The notes under the pieces were generated by a model. The model saw only the letters and a list, made by a program, of their open reading frames with translations, did no database searches and was not told the origin of the DNA. A DNA stretch of 63,462 bases, counting the filler, from Intoshia linei (Eukaryota > Animalia > Orthonectida): NCBI GenBank assembly GCA_001642005.1. It is 9 parts of 9 records of this genome, joined end to end, with 100 filler letters (N's around TTAATTAATTAA, not from the genome) between each part and the next. Parts side by side here need not be neighbours in the genome. Positions count along the whole stretch, not along the records: positions 53,969 to 59,151 come from LWCA01001817.1; positions 59,252 to 62,045 come from LWCA01002214.1; positions 62,146 to 63,462 come from LWCA01002741.1; 6 more parts are not named here. One strand, 5' to 3'. Numbering within the stretch: position 1 is the first letter of the stretch; the number at the start of each line of letters is the position of its first letter. Positions 53,990-63,462 of the stretch are shown here, piece after piece. Both the position numbers and the translations under genes were made by a program.

Positions 53990-54776
53990 ATACAATTTAT
54001 TTTAACTTATTAATAAATAACCGCATTCCATTTATATTCATTCCAATTTTCACGACTTTTTGCCCATAAAAACCTTGTTTTTTTCATTGTCTCAGTCAGG
54101 AGGAATTTTCTTGTTTTTCAGTAAGATGTGTAAGTTACCTCAAATAGTTTACAATTAACAATTAACCTTGACACATTAACATTTTGAGTTTGTAATTTTC
54201 TAGAGATTTCAGCGCAGCTAGAATTTCTATTTTCTACAGCTGTTCTTTGATTCGTGGATTTTTTTTACCATACCTTTTTTTGTATAAATTACTACTTTGT
54301 TGAGATTTCGACATATTTTTTTTTATAATTGATACAGCTGACTGAGACACACCACACATAAGTGCAATTTTGTGTTGACTGTAATCAGATTTTTCTAGCA
54401 ATAAGATTATATGATTTTTGGTTTGGGAAGAAATATCCTTACTTTTGCCCATTTTAAATTATCAAATTTTGAATATTAAAATTAAATTTCTAAAAGAGAA
54501 CGATGTTAGGAATTATAATTTAACAAATATATGTAACTAGCAGGTCAATAAATCAGATTATTATATTTATTCACTATGATACATATTTTTTAAATGCGCA
54601 ATTTTTCGCGTATGCATTTAAATCCATCCTTACTACGTGTACATTAATTTTGAAAACAACAATAATTCTAATCGATGTAATACTTATTGGTAGTTATTAT
54701 TTAGGTTATAATATACAAAAGATATGACGATAAATATAAAATTTTGACAATTATTATAATCTTATGATCAACCCTG
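53990..54776 (-). mobile_element. Tc1-like transposon, left end and N-terminal HTH domains, frameshifted
   Basis: TA|CAGGGTTGATCATAAG terminus at 54776. Encodes MGKSKDISSQTKNHIILLLEKSDYSQHKIALMCGVSQSAVS and a decayed second HTH through to W..VI. Confidence 0.85.
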
Positions 54777-55270
54777 TATGTTAATGTGATTCAAAACTAA
54801 CATCAACACTATTGACACCAGGGATTGGAAATAATTGATTGCAATCACTTATTTTGTATAAACCAATTGATTTTTTGCTAAATATGAATTTTTCAATGAA
54901 TTAATTTTTTTGCAATTAATGGAAAAATGAAAACATAATTTTGAAAATGGTTTGAAAAAGGTTGAGAACCGCAGCCCTAATTTACACATCGTACATAATA
55001 AATAAAAAGATTTTTGTTCTTTTTAGCTACGATATAATGTAATTATAATTTTGTTAAAAAAACTATATGTCAAGACCATGTAAACAAATCTGAACCAAGA
55101 TCTGGCTACCAAATAAAAAAATTAATCCATGCAACAAAAGTTATACCATAAAACAATTGAAAAATATACACGAAATTCATTGAAAATAAATTATAGATAA
55201 GATTTTAATTAAAGTTAAACAAATAACTATGGAGTATATTAGATTTGATATTTTTCATTACACGAAAATT

Positions 55271-57400
55271 TTATAGAAAAAATCCACACAAAAATCGAAT
55301 GCAATTCAACACAATCAATTTCATTGCAAAGCCAATCCAAACAAAGTTTTTAAATTTTTTCAGTTGTATGTATAAAATTATTTAAAGTTAGATGAATTTC
55401 GTGAAACTGAACATTTGAAAAATATGCTAGCATCATAATTAATCGTTCAAAATACACATTTTGGTTTTTCAAAAACTTTTTGACAATTTGGAAATTTTCG
55501 TCTTGAAATGTCCAAAAAAATTTTTTCACATTAGGTGGTAATTTTGACCTTAACTTCAAATTTTGATTAAACTTTTTATTGTACATGGAAAACGTTCGTT
55601 TCAAAATGAGTTTACCCTCCAATTGAGAAGAATAAACTAAAATGTATAATAAATAATGTGCATTATTATATCCTTATATAAATTCAGAAAATACTCGACT
55701 GTAGCTGTAAAATTTAGGAAAAATCAAGTCGGGTGTATTAACCTTTACGAGACTATGCTGATTTCCAAAATTGAAAGCAAAAAATTTCACTTTTGAAATG
55801 TTAAAAAACACTAAAATTTAAAGCTCAAAATTAACAAATTTCAAATGTCATTGATTTGTAAAGTGAACAACTTAAATTTGGCTTTAGTATTTGGCTAAGA
55901 ATTAGCAATAAAATATATTTAATTTATGACACGCAATTAAAATCACGTCGCGTCTATTGTATTTCAAATATAATTTATTTTATTGTTGACACAAAGTAAA
56001 CATTGATAATAAAATTAATAATTACGCATATTACAAGTTATTGTATGAGCAGTAATTTGTTCAAAATTTATATTAATACCGCCTTATTATGGTTTGTATA
56101 CAAACCAATGTAAATTTATGAGTGTAGTTTTTGACATCTATACATGCAATTGTCTCGNAAGGGTTAAAAAACTTAGAAACACAGAAAAGTGAATTAATCA
56201 TACCTTTACGCAGTGTTGCCAAATCTACTTTCTTTTGCTTTAATTGAAAAACTGTAGGACAATTATCGTGTCTAAAATTTAAAATTTATTTGCAAGTAAT
56301 AGAATTAGCTTACTGAAACAAATCAAAAATAAACTGTTCATGTAACCCATCAAAGCAATACTTTGATGTTACATTTTGAAAATTGAGATTGCAATCAATA
56401 ATAAAAGTCCAAACAATAATAATAATGCACACAATAATTTTAATTTCATAAGTTTCCAAATACAAATCAAGACAAAGTTCAAAATTATCAAGATAAAACT
56501 GTTTAATCTGATGAGTCAAGTCTAGAATTCATCAATTAAATAAATAAATTGTATCATTTACCATAAGGAAATTGTAAAAGACTGAAAATTTTAAATACGT
56601 ATTTTTCAATAAACACGTTAAAATTATATGTAAAACTTGTAAATTTAAAAAGATGGTATAATTTCACAAAATCATTTCGGAACGTTGCAAAAATATTGGT
56701 ACTCTAAAAACGTATATTTTTAATTATAAAATAAAAGTTACGCAAAAATTTAAAGTTGAAGCAACAGGTCTGTCATTTACTCGGCAATAACTGTTAAATT
56801 CCCAATAAATAAAATTGTAAGGTATTATTGATAAGTCTACCAGCCTAAACCATTATACAAAATAAAATTGATAATTTATTCAATTTGCAAATGTAGATAT
56901 ATCAGGGCGGTCAATCTTTTCATGTCATGTGCTAAAATTTGCAATTGTAACAGTCATTCCTGAAAAATGCACAAATCATTACAAAAACCCTTAAAAGTGA
57001 ACCTCATGACTAAATTAACCATCCATTTATTTGGTCCCATATCATAAATAAAAATACCTAATAAAATCAGAAATAGACAAATCCGAGTAAGAGAGAAATA
57101 GTGAAATATATGTAACAATCAAGGAATTACGATGTCTATCTGGACGATCAAATAAGAAACGAATAGAATTGCTGTTACTATATTTAACTTTTCTCCTCTT
57201 AATTTCATAAGGACTAATGAAATTTAAATTTTCATAATTATAATTGCGTAACGAATTTAGTCTATCCCAATTTTCATTATATTCACAAATCAATAATGGT
57301 ACAGAATTGTATGTAACCATTAAACTTGATTCTTGCGGCATGTCAATATTAACCAAGAAATAATCAGTATATGTTTTGAATACAATTATAACAATTTCCT
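55271..57400 (-). CDS. Uncharacterised multi-exon gene, tentatively a highly divergent DEG/ENaC-like channel; more exon-like segments run up to ~58330
   Basis: Open exons EIVIIVFKTYTDYFL...NSVPLLICEYN...RLNSL (resembles the post-TM1 FPAVTICN segment), NFELCLDLYLETYEIK|DCNL...YCF...DNCP (resembles the thumb) and MMLAYFSNVQFHEI. A TM2-like FVWIGFAMKLIVL follows in another frame. The family call is weak. Confidence 0.45.
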
Positions 57401-59414
57401 AAATATAAATATTAAAAACTTAATTAAAAACTCTGATGTGTGTAAAATTGTTACACCTCATTCGATCCATTTGGAAATAAAAAAATAAAAACAATCACTA
57501 TTTATTTTTAAATCCCGTCTTCTAGATAGTTCGTATTAGTTCTTTGGATGCATTGCATTTAATACTTAAATAGAATTTAAAAATGGAGACCTCACGTGTT
57601 GGTTAATAAAATTCTGGTAATTTGTAAAATTTACCAATTTACTTACCATAATAACTTTCATTAAAATAACGGCAAGTACTTTTAATAAAATTGAAAAACA
57701 AAAATTGGCGGCAATTTAAAAAAATAATTTAAACGGAACGTTGTAAATTTAAAAAAGGTATGACGGGACCTTTTTGTGAAAACATATTTTATATTTGTTT
57801 ACAAACTCCACTATCAAAGTGATGGTTAATATTTTGATGCATTTAAAATTTTATTCACCGCAAATCAACAATTAAATATTAAAATAATTACTCTATAATC
57901 TTTCAATGAATACATCTTTTCTATTACTTCCGTACATCGATGCTTTATATAAAAAATAATTAATCATGTTAAAATACAATAAATAACATCATTATTATAA
58001 TGAGGAATTGAACAATAAAACTGGTCCAAAAGTAATAATATTTGTTAAATCCATATTGTTAAATTGACTAAAAGGATTAAAACTAAGGAATATTAAATAT
58101 GACTTATTGAAAGCGGTTAAATTGCTCAATTTACAACCCGAGTCAAAATTAAAATTGAAGACTAAAAAATTGCTTAAATAAAATTACTTATTAATAAAGA
58201 GGCTCGAATCGTTTAAAGAATTCAAACATAAAATATTTTAGTAATTTCAAAAAAAATGATAGATTAAAGCAACTTCAAATTCCCATACGTCGGACAGTAG
58301 TTTAAAGTCACAAACGGATCTACGGAATACAATTTTAAACTACAATGAAGAATGATGATAACCAGGGATTAGAATTAATTGATAAAAATTATTGCAAAAT
58401 AATCAATTAATTGAAATTTAATAACAATATCATAATCATTTTAAAAAAACTAGGATGCTGTTTGTTCGAAGTACATAAAAGTCAAGCTAGTAGGTTAAAT
58501 ACATCATTTTTTGGTTACAAACGCGTTTCTATTTTTCTAAAATTGTATAGAATAATGAAAAGTTGTTAATATTTTATTATACAGTGTCAAACTATTTTAG
58601 TTGCATTATATTTTATTTGCAAAATAGTAGTCAACCCTCTATAACGTGAACTTATCCATTAATGAACAACTCAAAAAATTTGTTATAGTTTACTATGAAA
58701 AAAGTAAATTAATCGTGAACATTCTACTACGTGAACGATGAACATAATTTATCCAAATTAAAGTGAAGTTCTTATTATTATTCACAATTACTATATACAA
58801 AACGTGCTTTTCGAAACATTTTTATTTCTGCAACATGAACAAAGAAAACTTAAAAAAAGAAAAAAAGATTTAGCTGCATCTACAAAGAACTAATTCGTTT
58901 GTTTGTGTAATGTTGTCACATATTAAACTTTATTGATTTGTAATATCGTCGAGAAATTATATTATATTAAATATAAAATTTATATTGTAAATATCTTAGT
59001 ATCTAAAACATTACAGTTTGATGAAGACAAGCGTAGTACACTACGTTTTCTTGCTTCAAAACACAATGTATACAATAACCATTGAAAAAAATAATAGATA
59101 TGAAGAAAATCAAATATCTGAATTTGAAGACCCAGAAATTTTACCTGTTACNNNNNNNNNNNNNNNNNNNNNNNNNNNNNNNNNNNNNNNNNNNNTTAAT
59201 TAATTAANNNNNNNNNNNNNNNNNNNNNNNNNNNNNNNNNNNNNNNNNNNNTCGGTAATTGTGTTCTAAATTACATTTCGAACGCTCAGTAAAATATACT
59301 TTTGTAAATTCAACGGAAAGTTTAAAAAGGACACCCTAATATACACATATTGTGTACAATGTACATGTAATTACCATTTTTTATATGTCATATTAGCTTC
59401 TTAAATTAAATTAC

Positions 59415-61222
59415 CTCTACATTATTGTCAATTCTCACAACACTATCCAATTTGAAATTTTCAGATTTAACCGACTTAATCGATGTAATAACTTTAGATT
59501 CTTTATCAAATTCAACCGAATACACGCCAGCGTATAATTTTTTTAAATGCTGTTGAATAATTACAGGATTAGTAGATTGACCCAAAATTTCTAATAAATC
59601 GTCGTCCCCAATAAAATAAAATCTTGGGAAATTCATTCTCTTTTTTTCCAAATATTCATATAAAGATTTTTGGCAAACTTTTAATTGAGTAATACAATTA
59701 TCCAGTGTACTTTTCAAATTAACCCGGCTAACAAATGAAACCAAACGCATATCACGTTCAATGCATAACATAATTGATCTAAAATTAATATTTTTTAAGT
59801 ATCATAAAAATATAGAAGATTATCATGAGGTATTTTTAAAGCTACAATTATATTGTATATTTAAAGTAACAAAATGTATACTTACGTAATACAGTAATAT
59901 AGTACTTCATTAATGTAATTCTAATTATTGTATTTAGTAAGTGGGTATTAAATAATAATCTTCTATAAATATAAACCACTCATTAATTGAAAAACAAAAT
60001 TCAAAACGGAAAAGGGCATCTAATGTATAACACTCAACAAATTTAACCTGTAATCTTTAGTTATTTTGTCAAATCGATGTTTCTCTTCAGGTAGTGCACC
60101 TCTGAAAAATATTGGTTCCAAGTACAGCCATTTCCTCTGAAATTTATTAAGTCTGGTTAAGCAGTACTCCAAATCATCAAATTTTTTTTTCCAAATATCC
60201 ACTTTATCTTTAAATCCTCCAAAAAATGATGAATCCTGCAGAGATTGTAATAAATTTTGATTTTCACCAATCTATATAATCTATATGAAAATATCCAATT
60301 GATTAGTTTAATACAAGATTTCCCAACCTTGGCGTTTAAACTCTTTTGGTTGAACAATTAAATTGAACATTTTAAATTTTTGGAAGATAGTTATGACCTT
60401 TAGTTATATAATTATAGTTGTTTTTATGAGATTTCTAAAACATTTACACGGGTCTGTGTGTTTTTTAAGTAAAATTAATTTTATAATAAAAACAATTTTT
60501 CGCGGATTATCAATTTTCAGTAATTAAACACACACGAGTTTAAGAATCATTGAGTATAATCCTATAATTTATAAGATTATGAAAAGTAGTATTAATTTTA
60601 CTGGAGCGTACTTTGGACTCAAAAATTGAACGCTAATTATAAAAAAAATATTAAGATTTGGATCCCTTTATTTAATTCATTGATAACTCAAATGTAACCT
60701 GATTATGTAGTTCACGCCATTCTTTTATAATTGAAATTTTATGATTATTCGAATCTTGCTGATAATTTAATTGAAAGTATGCATTTACTGCCCATAATTC
60801 AATCTCTTTTAAAACTTCTCTAATTGAAATTTCGCCTTGAGCGCGTTGATTTAATTGCTAATAAATATTAAATTATTGAAAATAAGAAACATGAAATTTG
60901 ACAATTGTTGTACTACAATTTTATTACTTTTATTTTATCAGCTTGCAGAATGACCACTTTGCTAACATTTAAAAAGTCTCCAAATAGGCATGTTTCGAAT
61001 TGAATGCCCTTTTTCATTTCACATATTCTAAATAACTCCAACCAATATTCACTTGTCAATGCGTCGCCTCGCAACCATTTAAGCATGGGTGTAAATTCTA
61101 CATAATGATGTAATTGATTGTTTATCCAATTGTCTACTAAGCTAGAAGACTTAGATTTACACTTTTTGTCATTTTTTAAAATTAATTTATCTAGAAATTC
61201 CTCAAACTGAAATGATTTCAAT
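59415..61222 (-). CDS. DYNC2H1: Cytoplasmic dynein 2 heavy chain (retrograde intraflagellar transport), four internal exons
   Basis: LNQRAQGEISIREVLKEIELW, QRKWLYLEPIFFRGALPEEK.RF and FPRFYFIGDDDLLEILGQSTNPVIIQQHLKKLYAG are diagnostic of DYNC2H1 rather than DYNC1H1. Confidence 0.95.
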
Positions 61223-62145
61223 CTAAATAAATCTACTATAAAATTATTAAATAATTATACATATATAGCAGGGTTTCAGACTCAATTTGGTTGGCGGTCA
61301 AATATAAATTAAAATTATTCCACGGGCCGCACAACATAAAAATATTTACTCAAACCATTAAACTAAAAGTTTTAATTAATTAAAAATACTTTTAACCAAT
61401 AAAAAAACCAATTTACATTTTTTTTATACAAATGTTAATTATAATTTTAAAAATTTTTAAATTTACATAATGTTAAAATAATTTCAAAATAAAAAAAAAT
61501 GAATAATAAAGTGCTTTTTTGATTATGAAGGCGTCACTTTGTCAGATTGAAATTTTTTATGGATGTTAACTAGATATAACTATATTATCTGAATCTTTTT
61601 TTAAATTATATGGCTGTTTTTATTTTTTAAAAAAGTGTAATCTGGGTTTTTATCGTGAAAATTAACTTTTTTGAGTTGCCATTTATGATAATGCTTATAA
61701 TTTTAAAAACTATTCCATAATTTATGTTGAATAAAATTTTAGGAATTTTTTCATACAAATCTTATTTTTACAAAAAAGGTCAATTTGTGATAAATTACTA
61801 TGATAGTTTGCGTTTCTAAGGTTAGAATGTACGAGAATGTTAGTGATTTTACAACGCGTCCAGAGGTATGTTTTATTACATTTTTTTGCTGATTTTATTT
61901 TATATTTTATATTTAAAAAAAAAAGTGAAAATTGGGTTTTTGACTTTGACGGACTCAAATTCGGAAGCTGCAAAATAGATATCAACATCCCCTGCGAAAA
62001 AATCTATGAGAAATTGGTTTTATTTAAATTTTAGTACCGTTTATTNNNNNNNNNNNNNNNNNNNNNNNNNNNNNNNNNNNNNNNNNNNNTTAATTAATTA
62101 ANNNNNNNNNNNNNNNNNNNNNNNNNNNNNNNNNNNNNNNNNNNN

Positions 62146-62978
62146 ATATAATACAATTTATTTGAACTTATTAATAAATAACCTTATTCCATTTATGTTC
62201 ATTCCAATTTTCACAAGTTTTTGCCCATAAAAACCTTGTTTTTTTTATTGTCTCAGTAAAGAAGGGTTTTCTTGTTTTTTGGTAAGATGTGTAAGCTACC
62301 TCCAATAGTCTACGATTAACAGTTAGCCTTGACACATTAACATTTTGAGTTTGTAATTTTCTAGAGATTTCAGCGCAGTTAAAATTTCTATTTTCTAAAG
62401 CTGTTCTGAGTATAACTCGGTCTGTTCTTTGATTCTTGCATTTTTTTACCATACCTTTTTCTGTATAAATTACTACTTTGTTGAGATTTCGACATATTTT
62501 TTTTTATAATGGATACAGCTGACTGAGACACACCACACATGGGTGCCATTTTGTGTTGACTGTAATCAGATTTTTCTAGCAATAAAATAATATGATTTTT
62601 TGTTTGGGAAGAAATATCCTTACTTTTGCTCATTTTAAATTATCAAATTTTGAATTTTAAAATTAAATTTCTAAAAGAGAACGATGTTAAAAATTACAAT
62701 TTAACAAATATATGTAACTAGCAGGTCAATAAATCAGATTATTATGATATTTATTCACTATGATACATATTTTTTAAATGCGCAGTTTTTTGCGTATGCA
62801 CTTAAATTTATCCTTACTACGTGTACATTAATTTTGAAAACAACAATATTTCTAATCGATGTAATAGTTATCGGTAGTTATTATTTAGATAAAACATTTT
62901 ATTTAGGTTATAATATACAAAAGATATGACGATAAATATAAAATTTTGACAATTATTTTAATCTTATGATCAATCCTG
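62146..62978 (-). mobile_element. Second copy of the Tc1-like element
   Basis: ORFs 62388-62633 and 62171-62452 (RTDRVILRTALENR...VSRLTVNRRLLE...RKPF...RFLWAK...WNKVI) are split by a frameshift. The terminus TA|CAGGATTGATCATAAG is at 62978. Confidence 0.88.
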
Positions 62979-63462
62979 TATGTTAATGTGATTCAACACT
63001 AACATCAACACTATTGACCTCAGGGATTNAACATTTTATTTAGGTTATAATATACAAAAGATATGACGATAAATATAAAATTTGGACAATTATTTTAATC
63101 TTATGATCAACCCTGTATGTTAATGTGATTCAACACTAACATCAACACTATTGACATCAGGAATTGGAAATAATTGATTTTTTTGCAATTAATTGAAAAA
63201 TGAAAAGATAATTTTGATTAATTGGTTTTTTCATATAACTGATAAAAATATAAATTGAATTTTTTTCTTGAATGGATGGATAAACAAATTGATTAAATTT
63301 AATCATTATACACTAGAATTTATAATAATACAATATTAAGGTGTCAAGTTGACACTGTCAACACTTGTTGTAGCGTATCACAGTCTCACCATGCTTTATT
63401 TATCTACCGAAAAAATTTATTTTCAAATTTAAAGTAAGAAATAAAATAAATAACATAAAAAT

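Noticed and set aside
63030-63165. Tandem duplication of 62892-63029
   Set aside because: The junction is marked by an 'n', so it is most likely an unmerged contig overlap.

Overview
Very AT-rich animal (eukaryotic) genomic DNA. It consists of nine contigs joined by eight identical 100-nt artificial spacers (N44-TTAATTAATTAA-N44). Genes are split by many tiny introns (about 35-45 nt) plus a few kb-sized, transposon-filled introns; this architecture suggests a compact invertebrate parasite such as an orthonectid, which is inference only. Recognisable genes are the 3' end of TUBGCP3, a signal-peptide/EGF-repeat/transmembrane protein, PDE3, an uncharacterised protein with repeated RPA32C-binding-like motifs, furin-like and GCC/Ephrin_rec_like Cys-rich exons, a PDI 5' end, complete FARSB and COX6B, a COQ5 5' part, a possible divergent DEG/ENaC-like channel and an internal DYNC2H1 fragment. 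Non-coding space is dominated by a non-autonomous Helitron family, alongside hAT MITEs with clean target-site duplications (TSDs), a foldback-like element, and hAT, Tc1, MULE and Chapaev3-like transposase remnants. No prokaryotic systems (CRISPR etc.) are present, and I cannot establish a wholly new system. The best leads are the Helitron family with an extended terminal palindrome, an exon copied 21 kb away, the RPA-motif protein, the channel-like gene whose second transmembrane helix (TM2) is frameshifted, and the orphan EGF receptor. Exon boundaries were read by eye.
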